From IMG/VR virus record IMGVR_UViG_3300023179_005186, positions 248,001-312,000 of that record: 64,000 bases of DNA; one strand, written 5' to 3'. A program made the position numbers and the translations under genes. The notes beneath the pieces are model-generated. The model made no database searches, was not told where the DNA came from, and saw only the letters and a list, made by a program, of their open reading frames with translations. Positions 41,431-50,901 of this stretch are shown here, piece after piece (position 1 is the stretch's first letter; each line of letters opens with the position of its first letter).

Positions 41431-42251
41431 TTATTTTTACACCATTCACTTACTAAACATTTTATACTACCAAGTTCATCCCAGGTATATTTAACAAGAT
41501 CAAAAGGTATTTTTAAATTTTTATAATTACTTTTTGTTCTTTTTTTAACTGGTAAGATTTTATCTAAATAATTAATTAATTCTTTTAATTTTTCTAAATT
41601 TTTAAATCTAATATTCATGCATTCAAGGATTTCAATTATTGATAAATTACGATGATGAATAATATTATCATCTATAGTATCATTAATAATACCAATTTTT
41701 TTTTTTATATTAATATTATTTCGAAAAATACAATTATATTTTAGATATTTATATAATTCTTCAACTGATTCAAATAATTGATAATTTGAAAATTTATTTA
41801 TAAAATCACAAATGATTTCTGTAATTTTATTTTTGATTTTTAATTCATCAATACCGTATTCTTTAAAATCTATTGTATTATCAATAATATCAAATTTATC
41901 AACCCATCTTAAATATATAGTTTTTGAATCCTGTTCAATACTCCATATTATATCATAATAATAATTTGAAGAATTATCCATATAACATTCTATATCAAAA
42001 ATTTCTTTCTTCAAATAATATGATATCGTTATAATATTTGGTGTATTTATTAAAGGAAATTGTTTAGTAACATTTTCTAAAAATATATCCACAATATTTT
42101 GACAATGTTCTTTAATAAAATTTGAATTCTTACTTTTAATTTTTAAATTAATAGTTGATGGATCAAAATTAATTTCTTTTATATTCAATCTATTTGATTT
42201 CATCTCACGTTCTAAATCTTTAACACACACTATTTTATTAAAATTTTCCAT
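41427..42251 (-). CDS. Hypothetical protein
   Basis: 274 aa ORF; AAAATTGA upstream at 42285-42292. Confidence 0.55.
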   Translation of the reverse strand: MENFNKIVCVKDLEREMKSNRLNIKEINFDPSTINLKIKSKNSNFIKEHCQNIVDIFLENVTKQFPLINTPNIITISYYLKKEIFDIECYMDNSSNYYYDIIWSIEQDSKTIYLRWVDKFDIIDNTIDFKEYGIDELKIKNKITEIICDFINKFSNYQLFESVEELYKYLKYNCIFRNNINIKKKIGIINDTIDDNIIHHRNLSIIEILECMNIRFKNLEKLKELINYLDKILPVKKRTKSNYKNLKIPFDLVKYTWDELGSIKCLVSEWCKNN

Positions 42252-42315
42252 TATTAATTATTACTATTTAGTATAAATAAAAATTCAATTTTTTTTTAAT
42301 TATTAGTCTATAACA

Positions 42316-42428
42316 CTATATGTTACTAATATCCATTTTACTTTTTATTATATTAATAATTTCGTTAGTAACTTTACTAATTGTGATTTTTATTAATATA
42401 TCAATTCTTTTTTTTTTATTACTTTTTA
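42316..42428 (-). pseudogene. Orphaned 3' end of the gene disrupted by element 2
   Basis: After excision ...KKELTIL continues KSNKKKRIDILIKITISKVTNEIINIIKSKMDISNI* (TAG 42316-18). Confidence 0.7.
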
Positions 42429-42432
42429 CACC

Positions 42433-42470
42433 TTTGCACATTTAAAATGCTGACCTTTTAAATATGCAAA
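42433..42470 (-). terminator. 15-bp hairpin directly after the transposase stop codon, overlapping the left TIR
   Basis: tttgcacatttaaaa-(8 nt)-ttttaaatatgcaaa; the single mismatch is a G-U pair on the minus-strand transcript. Confidence 0.55.
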
Positions 42471-43487
42471 TTATTTATAATTTTTTAATGTTTTTCTTCT
42501 ATTTGAAGGTTTCTTAACATATTTTTCAGTTCTATTATATGTTCCTTTTATGATATTTTCATATTTTTCTTTTGGTATTTCTTTAACTACCTTATTAATA
42601 TTTTCTTTTAGTTCTTTATGAGTTAAACCATCTAATTTATACAATCTTGATTTCATCATACTAAAGTAATTTTCAATACTATTTGTAAAATGTTGATATG
42701 GAACACTATATAATAATGTGTTATGCTTATTCACTAATTCCTTTATTTTTGCGTTTCTATGACTACTTGCATTATCTAAAATTATTAATTTATTTTTATA
42801 TTTTGTAGTAATGTGTTTTTCTAAAAATTCATATAATCTATCACTATCAATGCCACCTTTTTCATATAAATCCCAACCTAAAACACCATTATAAGATATT
42901 GCAAATATTCCAGTATATTTTTTGAATACTTCTTGTGATTGTGTTTTTATTACACATCTTTTACCTAATTCACTATAATATTGATGTCTTTTCTGTAATC
43001 CACTAATACTTGTCTCATCAATACATATAATATCTTCTAATTTATGCTTTTTTATTTCATCATAGAATTCTTTTAATTTTTGATTTATATTTATTTCTTT
43101 TCCAAATCTCTTTTCTGGTTCATGTCTTATTCTTGTTATTTTTAATGTAATATTGTTATCATTAACAATTCTATTGATATGAAAACGACTTAATTCAATC
43201 TTAAAATTTTCTTTTAATTTATGTTTTAATTCTGTAATTGTAATTGTTTTATTCTTTTTAATTTCATATAATAAAAATTTAACATGTTCTTTATGAACTT
43301 TATATGCAACTGGTTTTCTATTTTCTCTTTTTATTTCACCATCTTTTTTATATTTTTCAACCCATCTTATTAAACTTCTTGGACTACATTTAAATATTTC
43401 ACATACTTCTAATTGTAATTTATCACCGACCAAATAATATTCTACGGCAGATAATTTATAATCTTCGCTTTTATGTTTAGATGTCAT
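42471..43487 (-). CDS. IS630/Tc1-mariner family transposase (DD33E)
   Basis: DYKLSAVEYY...SLIRWV HTH; CIDET, ILDNA, NSIE with 33 residues between D and E. Confidence 0.92.
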   Translation of the reverse strand: MTSKHKSEDYKLSAVEYYLVGDKLQLEVCEIFKCSPRSLIRWVEKYKKDGEIKRENRKPVAYKVHKEHVKFLLYEIKKNKTITITELKHKLKENFKIELSRFHINRIVNDNNITLKITRIRHEPEKRFGKEININQKLKEFYDEIKKHKLEDIICIDETSISGLQKRHQYYSELGKRCVIKTQSQEVFKKYTGIFAISYNGVLGWDLYEKGGIDSDRLYEFLEKHITTKYKNKLIILDNASSHRNAKIKELVNKHNTLLYSVPYQHFTNSIENYFSMMKSRLYKLDGLTHKELKENINKVVKEIPKEKYENIIKGTYNRTEKYVKKPSNRRKTLKNYK

Positions 43488-43551
43488 ATACTTAATATTA
43501 TGGCATAAAATATTTAAAATTATGTTATAATATAATTATAGTAAATAAAAT

Positions 43552-43816
43552 ATGAATGAAGAAATTGATATTTTGAAACTTGAAATTGAAGAACTCAAAA
43601 AAAAAGAATGTTGAGTTAGAAGAAAAATTAAAGTTATATACTAATCCAGAACGGAATAAAAAATATTATGAAAAGAATAGTAATGTTGTTAAAGAAAAAG
43701 CAAAAACGTATATGGAGAAAATAAAAGAAACAAATCCAGAAAAATTAAAAGAATGGAGACATACAGCATACTTAAATAGAAAGGCAAAATTAAAAAGTCA
43801 AACTGAAATTAATTAA
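43552..43816 (+). pseudogene. Small coiled-coil/basic ORF (~87 aa) interrupted at an A9 run
   Basis: MNEEIDILKLEIEELKKK / NVELEEKLKLYTNPERNKKYY...; removing one A at 43597-43605 joins the frames. Confidence 0.7.
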
Positions 43817-44453
43817 TAAAATTTTCATATTCATTATTTTTACACATATAAATATTTTGAATAATATTGTCTGTTTTTATTTTTTCAATATTATTTATTA
43901 ATTCAGTTTTCCAATCATATATATCGTTGAATACATCTGATTGTAATATACGAATAACAGAATAACCATTATTATTTGCGCATTTTTCTTTGTATTTATC
44001 ATTTTCTAATTGTTCTTCTGGAGATGACCAATTGCTTACTTGTTCAAAATGTTGTCTTCCATCAAGTTCAATAATAATTTTATTTTCTTCAATACAAAAG
44101 TCAAAAGGAATAAATCTTATATTTTTACACCAAACAACTTTATATTGCTTTATTATATTTACATATATATTATATAAATATTCATATAATATTGTTTCAG
44201 TTTTATTTTGACAATGAGGACAACCAGTATTATTAGATAAATATTTATTATAATCATTTCCACATTTATCGCAATCAAATATAAATTCTTTATAACAAAC
44301 TTTAAAAACATTTCGTGGTTTAATAATATTTTTTATGCTCCACTTTATAACATCTTTGTGAGATGCATATGATTTATTGAAACAATCAAGACAGTCTTCA
44401 TTATAACATAATTTTTTATTTGCACAATAAGGACACCAAACACCATTGTTACA
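43809..44453 (-). pseudogene. Zinc-ribbon + DUF559/Vsr-like PD-(D/E)XK endonuclease, 3' part; not in the ORF track
   Basis: ~215 open codons with no start: WCPYCANKKLC..CLDCFNKSYASH..W..KPRNVFK..FDCDKCG..GCPHC..PFDFCIEENKIIIELDGRQHF..NDKYK..GYSVIRI. Confidence 0.85.
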
Positions 44454-44525
44454 ATAAAGAAATATTATAAAGCAATTTTAACTTTTTAAGCATTATAAAT
44501 TTTTTATCTAATATACTATTATAAT

Positions 44526-45055
44526 ATGAATATTTTTAAAACATTAATACATAAGAAAATCAAATATAAATATGTTTTTGTGATATTTGCGGACTAATTT
44601 CATTTTTTAAATTAGATAAAAAATTTATTACTAATTTTGAAAGTTTATTAAAGAAACATAGACCAAGTGATATAAATTTTACTTATACAAAAATTTTAGA
44701 TGAAGATATTTTGTCATACCTAAATTATAATCATAAAGTTTTTTATCAAATTATATACAACCCTGTTAATTATGATATTATTACAATTGCTAGTATATCA
44801 ATGATTTCGATCGATAAATGTGTTTTAACAATGGTACACACTAATGAGAAATACAGAAATCTAAAATTTTGTCAAAAAAATATTAATTTACTTATTAAAA
44901 ATATGTTTGATAATTTTAAAAATATTAAAAAATATATTTTGTATGTCGATAAGGACAATATATATGCAATTAAATGTTATGAAAAATGTAATTTTATTAT
45001 AATTGAACTTAAGAAAGATAATAAATATTTAATGGAATTAAATAAAATAAGATAA
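44526..45055 (+). pseudogene. GNAT acetyltransferase, frameshifted near 44575 (captured cargo)
   Basis: VHTNEKYRNLKFC, LYVDKDNIYAIKCYEKCNF; upstream ATG 44526 is one base out of frame at a T5 run. Confidence 0.7.
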
Positions 45056-45066
45056 ATTTACTGATA

Positions 45067-46197
45067 TTAAATTAGTTCACCAACACCAACAATTGTTATC
45101 ATTGGTTGTTTTCTACAAATTAAAATTTTTGAATCTTTACTAATGCATGTTGGTTTAATTAATTGTATTGAAAACCTTGTTCCTTTAATTTTTGTAAGTC
45201 GAGCTTCAGATGTCATATTTTCAATTTGTAAAAATATTTGATCTCCATTTTTTGGTTCCCATATGTCATTAATTTTTGTAAATTGAATATCAATGTCATG
45301 ATAAACCTCTGGTAATTGTCCTACAGGTCCTAGTACATTTCCACATAACATATTATTACCTTTACAAAAATACGGATCAACAGTTGTACGAATAGCAACT
45401 AATCCACCTGGATTTATTTCTTCAATAATATTATTATTAGTTTCAAATGATAATGTTGTTAAAATTGGTTCAGAAGTATATCTTCCATTTTTACCTTTTG
45501 TTAAAATACCAGGTCTTATTTCAACTTCATCATTAATTTTTAAATTTCCTGAAACTAATGTTCCTCCTAAACATCCACCTAATACTTCATTATATGGCGT
45601 ACCTGGTTTATTAATATCAAATGTTCTTGTAATTCTGAATAATGTATTTCCTGTTGAAGTTTGATTATTACTAAAATATTTATCAATTGCTTCAATAAGA
45701 AAATTTTTACCACAACTGTTTGTAAATGATGTGGGTATAATAATATTAGGTATAATTCCTAATTCTAATAAAATATCATTTAATTCATTATATCTTTCAA
45801 TAACAATACTTTTACTTTGTAAATCACATTTATTCAAACAAATAATTATATTGGAGATATTTGCCAATTTAGCTGTTAATAAATGTTGTCTTAGTTGAGG
45901 TTTTTCTTTTAAACTGGTTTCTACTGAAACAATTACGATTGCTCCTTTCATTAACGCTACTGAACTCATCATTGTTGTTATTAATTCCTGATGCCCAGGG
46001 CAATCGGCAAATGAAATATATTTAATTAAATTACAATTATTACTACATGTTTCACAATTATATTCTAATAATTTTTCTCCTGATGAATATTTAGCTTGAC
46101 AAATATCACACTTCCAAATTTTTAAATTTGCATAACCAGCATTAATTGTAATATTTTTAATTAATTATCTACTATCTCGTTGTGTTTTTCTCCGGTT
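45067..46197 (-). pseudogene. Translation initiation factor eIF2-gamma, 5'-truncated with an internal stop (captured cargo)
   Basis: KTQRDSR*LIKNITINAGYANLKIWKC..C..C..C..ISFADCPGH, NKCD, RTFDINKPG, EIRPG; P-loop absent. Confidence 0.88.
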
Positions 46198-46294
46198 TAA
46201 TATTTTCAGGTTTTAATTCATTTTTATCGCTCCAATATTTTGCTTTTTCATGTGATGCAAATGATTTTTCAAAAGGTATTTTATTATCTGTCAT
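46198..46294 (-). pseudogene. 5' end of the zinc-ribbon endonuclease gene
   Basis: MTDNKIPFEKSFASHEKAKYWSDKNELKPENI matches the repeat FNKSYASHKDVIKWSIKNIIKPRNV in the 3' part; AAAATTGA at 46333-46340. Confidence 0.8.
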
Positions 46295-46332
46295 TATATA
46301 ATTTAATAATTATTAATTTATATAATTTTATA

Positions 46333-46340
46333 TCAATTTT
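46333..46340 (-). promoter_or_regulatory. AAAATTGA early-promoter motif inside element 2
   Basis: Exact motif ~40 bp upstream of ATG 46294. Confidence 0.6.
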
Positions 46341-46403
46341 TTATTAATAATTTTTAATGCGTAAAACTATTTAAAATATAATCTTTAGTAATAATATATA
46401 GAA

Positions 46404-48398
46404 ATGAAAAAATCAAAACCAAAAGTTAAAGAAAAGAAAAAAGATGAAGAAAATTTTGATTACATGAAAACTAATAAGGACAATATTAAGAATGTTATAA
46501 GAGATAATGATTTATTACCAGTTATTAATGATATTACCATAAGAACCAATAAAATTGTTATTCATTCATACCAATTCTTAAAATTATATTTATTGCATCT
46601 TTATGAAAATAATCAACCTTTTCCAGTTTTAGATAAAGAATATATTTGTGATATTTTTAAAGTTATTACAAAACGTAAATGTAATAGTGGTGGTTATACT
46701 GAAGAAAAAATGCCTCAACAATTAAAAACACTAAATGACTTTTATAAAAATCATTATTTATTAACTATTGCTAATAATGAAGTTCTTTATTATGATAAAT
46801 TATCATATATTCTTGCTTATGAAGCGATAGATATGATTACTAATATTACAAATAATATTCAAGAACATTTTATTGACCATCTTAATAGATATGTTAATAT
46901 TGTATTTGATATTAAGGCAAAACGTGAAGAAATAACTAAAAATAATAAAGATAAGGAAATTAGAAAGCAATTACATAAGGTATTATATGAAGAAATAAAT
47001 AAAGTTAAGAAAGATTTAATTACATTTGGAGAATTTACAAGTGATGTTAAATATCATAATTGGATTAAGGAACAAAAATTAAAATTATTTCCAAATAAAA
47101 CAGAATTTGAAGAAAATAATATTTATTATGAACTTAAATTAAATACACAATACTTTCTTTATGGTATGTTTCATATTTCAACTGAATTAGAAAAAAACAA
47201 TAATATAAGAATTCAAAATGATGAAAAACAAATAAGATTATTTAATGTATTACCATTAAGAACTAATATTATTCCTAAAAATGTATGTATAGACACATGT
47301 GGATTAATTCAAAATTTTATGGGTGATGAATACGATAGCAAATTATTAACAACTTATAAAAAAGAAAATAAATATTTTGAATTATGGAATAAATATTTTA
47401 AGTTAAATAAAAGAGTATTCAAAAAAGGTAAAAATTATACATTTTCTTACATGATAAGAACTGATGGTATATCATGCTGTGTATTATTTGTAAAAGTTGA
47501 TAAAAATGGAAAACCATTAGCAAAAACATATGCAAATAAAAAATGTTGTCAAGAAGAAAATATTGATTATATTGAAAAAGCAAATGTAGATAATATTAAA
47601 CATAAAAAGTTTGTTGTTGCTGACCCCAATTACAGCGATTTAATATATTGTGGTTATAAAGATGAAAATGATAATTTAATAACATTTCGTTATACACAAA
47701 ACCAAAGAAGATTAGAAACACGAATGAAAAAATATAGTAAAATTAAAGATAAATTAAATAAAGAAACTATTATAAATGAAAAGTCAGTAAAAGAATTAGA
47801 AACAACACTATCAAAATTAAATTCAAAAACATGTTCTTATGACAAATTTAAAACATATTGTGTTGAAAAGAATAAATTAAATTATCAACTATATTCACAT
47901 TATGAACAAAGATGTTTTAGAAAATTTAAATTAAATGCATTTACAAATACTCAAAAAAGCGAAAATAAAATGATAAATAATTTTCAAAAAAAATATGGAA
48001 AACCAGAAGAAACTATATTTGTTATGGGAGATTACGATAAAGGCGATTATAATATGAAGGGAAAAGAACCAGTAATATGTAAAAAATTTAGAAGAATATT
48101 TAGAAATGCTGGTTATACCACATTTTTAGTAAATGAATTTAGAACATCAAAATTATGTAATTGTTGTAATGCAGAATTAGAATATTTTTTGGAAAGACCA
48201 AGCAAGAAACCAAAATTAATAAAAGAGGGAAAAACAGAAATATGTCATGGATTATTACGATGTAAGTCGGTTAAGCATAAAAGCGAAATATTCCATAACA
48301 GAGATAAGAATGCTGTGCAAAATATGTTAAATATAGTCAAATCGGTTCTACGAACAGGAAAACGACCAGATATATTTTGTAGAGAAATACATTCTTAA
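46404..48398 (+). CDS. Fanzor (Fanzor1-like, TnpB-related RNA-guided nuclease)
   Basis: VADPN / VNEFRTSKLCNCC / HNRDKNA; IRTDGISC; homologous to 33754-35943 (RTNKIVIHSYQFLKL vs RTNQIVIHTYQFLRL). Confidence 0.9.
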   Translation: MKKSKPKVKEKKKDEENFDYMKTNKDNIKNVIRDNDLLPVINDITIRTNKIVIHSYQFLKLYLLHLYENNQPFPVLDKEYICDIFKVITKRKCNSGGYTEEKMPQQLKTLNDFYKNHYLLTIANNEVLYYDKLSYILAYEAIDMITNITNNIQEHFIDHLNRYVNIVFDIKAKREEITKNNKDKEIRKQLHKVLYEEINKVKKDLITFGEFTSDVKYHNWIKEQKLKLFPNKTEFEENNIYYELKLNTQYFLYGMFHISTELEKNNNIRIQNDEKQIRLFNVLPLRTNIIPKNVCIDTCGLIQNFMGDEYDSKLLTTYKKENKYFELWNKYFKLNKRVFKKGKNYTFSYMIRTDGISCCVLFVKVDKNGKPLAKTYANKKCCQEENIDYIEKANVDNIKHKKFVVADPNYSDLIYCGYKDENDNLITFRYTQNQRRLETRMKKYSKIKDKLNKETIINEKSVKELETTLSKLNSKTCSYDKFKTYCVEKNKLNYQLYSHYEQRCFRKFKLNAFTNTQKSENKMINNFQKKYGKPEETIFVMGDYDKGDYNMKGKEPVICKKFRRIFRNAGYTTFLVNEFRTSKLCNCCNAELEYFLERPSKKPKLIKEGKTEICHGLLRCKSVKHKSEIFHNRDKNAVQNMLNIVKSVLRTGKRPDIFCREIHS

Positions 48399-48512
48399 AA
48401 TTCATATCCGTTTCAAGACGGATTATAATCAAATTTTTGCATTTTTGTTTATTTTTTCGTCGTTAATTCGGCGTTTTAAATGTGCAAAGGTGTAAAATAG
48501 TTAATTCTTTCT
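48355..48512 (+). ncRNA. Putative Fanzor omegaRNA of element 2; boundaries approximate
   Basis: Hairpins atccgt/acggat (48406-48423) and cgtcg/cggcg (48458-48473); possible aacgac/gtcgtt pairing; abuts the right TIR. Confidence 0.55.
48469..48492 (-). repeat. Right TIR of element 2
   Basis: cggcgttttaaatgtgcaaaggtg followed by TA. Confidence 0.92.
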
Positions 48513-49382
48513 TTTTATCTTGTGTATTTTTATTCTCTAATAATTTTTTCTCAATTTCATTTACAGAAATAACTTTGACTGATTCTATATTTGCTTTTTT
48601 AGATTTCTTCTTTTTAAAATTATTTATAATTTCACAATATTTTAAAGATTCATTTACATCAAATCCATCATCATCTTTATGAAGATAAGGACAACCTAAA
48701 TTGATACGACGACAGCCTTCAATTTTAGATTCATCAGCACAAGATTTTTTTTTACTAATGTTTCTTGATTCTAAAGACATTCTTTCAGAAGATAATCTTT
48801 TCCTATTTTCACAAAGTTTTTTTAATGCAATATCTGCATCAAATTTATGATTACAAATTATATCATCTCTAATTAAAATCAGTACATCAAAAACAGTTTG
48901 AATTATCGCCAATGCTGTATTTTCATCAGTTCTGGTTATATTATTATTCATTATATTATTATCTAAATGAACTCCCATACATCCAAAATCTCTTAAAATT
49001 CTTAAAGGATTAGAAAGAATTTTATTCATTTGAGTTATTTTATGAATAGCTTCTCCCAAATTAATTGGTCTTTCTCCTAACATATAGGTACAAACAGCTT
49101 CAACGATAACTCTGGCTTCCATTGCAACAGGATCAAATAATTGTTTTGATGCATAATCCTGAATATTCCACATGGATTTTGCCAATAAAATTACTACTTT
49201 TTTATAATCATCAAGCTTAAATCCTTTATTAATTGATGATTCAGATATGGCCATAACGCCAATAAACCAAAATAAATCTCTAGTATCTTCCCATTCAAAA
49301 AAATCAAACTTTAGCTTTCCCTTTTTTTTTCAAGAGGAGGACCTGGGAAATGCCAAGGTAATGTATTTTTATCATACTCCAT
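48493..49382 (-). pseudogene. DUF4145/HEPN-like + CCCH zinc-finger protein, 5' part (disrupted by element 2; A9 frameshift near the start)
   Basis: ARVIVEAVC...LRDFGCMGVH; CADESKIEGCRRINLGCPYLH; ATG 49382 joins the frame if the run at 49322-49330 gains one base. Confidence 0.6.
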
Positions 49383-49565
49383 AGGTTATATATATTAAAA
49401 AAGAATGTAATATAAGATAATATAATATTTAAAAATCATTTTTTTAAATAAAATTAGCTAATATAATTTTTCAATTTTTTAATTGTATAAAGTATTTTCT
49501 ATATATAGTAATAAAAAGAGATAATTACTAAAAATACTAATAACACGATAATTTATCTAAAAAAA

Positions 49566-49922
49566 ATGAGTTCAGAATTATTAAATAATACAGCTTACTA
49601 CTTATTTGATTATGAAAATAAAAAATTAATGGATAATTTTTTAAATAATAGTTTGTTTACATTTAATATTGTATTAAAAGCAATTAATAATGAAAAAAAA
49701 AGTAAATATAGTATTATATTAAATTTTATACATAATTATATATTTTTTCCATGGAATTTAGATAATCTATTCAAACTATTACCACAACTTAAAATTATTA
49801 TATTAAATTATCCTAAAAATACCTGGTGTAATATTGAATTATCTGTAAAAATAAATAATGATAAAAAATATAAATTATTAACTATTTTATTTTATAATAA
49901 CTTTTTAACTAAAATTTATTAA
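49566..49922 (+). CDS. Hypothetical protein
   Basis: 118 aa ORF. Confidence 0.5.
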   Translation: MSSELLNNTAYYLFDYENKKLMDNFLNNSLFTFNIVLKAINNEKKSKYSIILNFIHNYIFFPWNLDNLFKLLPQLKIIILNYPKNTWCNIELSVKINNDKKYKLLTILFYNNFLTKIY

Positions 49923-49924
49923 GA

Positions 49925-50407
49925 TTAATTATTTAATTCACTTATTATTTCATTTTGAGTTTCTACTTTTGAGTGATTTAATAATTCTGTTTCTATATTT
50001 TTCATTTCACTATCTAAATTATTTATCTTTTTAAGTTGTTTTTCAATTATCTTTGGATCATTTTGATATATATCATTATTCTTTAATTCATAAATTAATT
50101 GTTCTTTTATTTTTTTTAATTGTTTATACTTTTCAATAGTTTTTTTCTCAAATTTTACGATGTGTTCTGTTGTATAAAAAAAACTATGAATACCAATAAA
50201 TAATAATAAAATTATTAAGATTGTGTAAAAATCTGTATTTTTTCTTAATTTTAATTTTTTATAATTTTCCTTCAAATTATATAAAACATAAATTAATAAT
50301 CCTATATATAACAACATTGTAATTAAAGGATATTTATCAGTAAATTTTATATAATGCTTATTTTCAGTATAATTAATTAATTTATTTATTTCTTCATTAA
50401 AATTCAT
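49925..50407 (-). CDS. Two-TM protein with a coiled-coil tail
   Basis: Two hydrophobic helices. Confidence 0.55.
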   Translation of the reverse strand: MNFNEEINKLINYTENKHYIKFTDKYPLITMLLYIGLLIYVLYNLKENYKKLKLRKNTDFYTILIILLLFIGIHSFFYTTEHIVKFEKKTIEKYKQLKKIKEQLIYELKNNDIYQNDPKIIEKQLKKINNLDSEMKNIETELLNHSKVETQNEIISELNN

Positions 50408-50496
50408 TATTTTAATATATATTTAACTATTTATAATTTTTATAAATAAAATGTTTATTAAATAAATTTTAATTATTATGTTTATATAAAATAAAT

Positions 50497-50901
50497 ATGA
50501 TTATACCCATAAATAAAAAAAATAATAGTAAAAAAAAATCAAAAAAAAATTTAGAAAAAAAAGAATGTATAATATGTTATAAATTAAATCCAACAAAAAA
50601 ATTATGTATAAATTGTAATTACTTATATTGTGTAAAATGTGCAAAAAAATTAGCAAATATTTGTTCAATTTGTAAGAAAGATAATTTTCCATTAAGAATT
50701 AATTTTAGAACAACAACTAATTATAGATTTATATTTACAAATATAATATATATATTTGGATATATTTCAATTATATTCGGATTATTTATATTTTTAAAAT
50801 TTTTTTTTAATTCTATATTTATAAATTATAACTCTAATTTAGAAATAAAAATATTAATATTTTCAATATATTTAATTTATTATTTTAGAAATTTTATTTA
50901 A
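50497..50901 (+). CDS. RING-like zinc finger membrane protein (putative E3 ligase)
   Basis: CIIC..CINC..CVKC..CSIC plus C-terminal TM helices. Confidence 0.65.
   Translation: MIIPINKKNNSKKKSKKNLEKKECIICYKLNPTKKLCINCNYLYCVKCAKKLANICSICKKDNFPLRINFRTTTNYRFIFTNIIYIFGYISIIFGLFIFLKFFFNSIFINYNSNLEIKILIFSIYLIYYFRNFI

Larger units (their letters stand above)
42429..48492. mobile_element. IS630/Tc1-mariner-Fanzor transposon, element 2 (6064 bp), with captured cargo
   Basis: 24-bp TIRs CACCTTTGCACATTTAAAA(T/C)GC(T/C)G, first 19 bp perfect; TA at 42427-28 and 48493-94. Confidence 0.92.

Noticed and set aside
43990-44211. 73-aa plus-strand ORF in the track
   Set aside because: Antisense shadow of the endonuclease fragment. 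The same applies to shadow or overlapping ORFs at 1027, 22386, 31266, 35247, 36934, 48482, 50501 and 52601.
45067-45972. Functional eIF2-gamma
   Set aside because: The track ORF starts after the DCPGH motif; upstream there is an in-frame stop and no P-loop.
31917-48492. One 16.5-kb composite transposon spanning both elements
   Set aside because: Each element has its own matching TIR pair and its own independently restorable target gene; the outer ends share only CACC.
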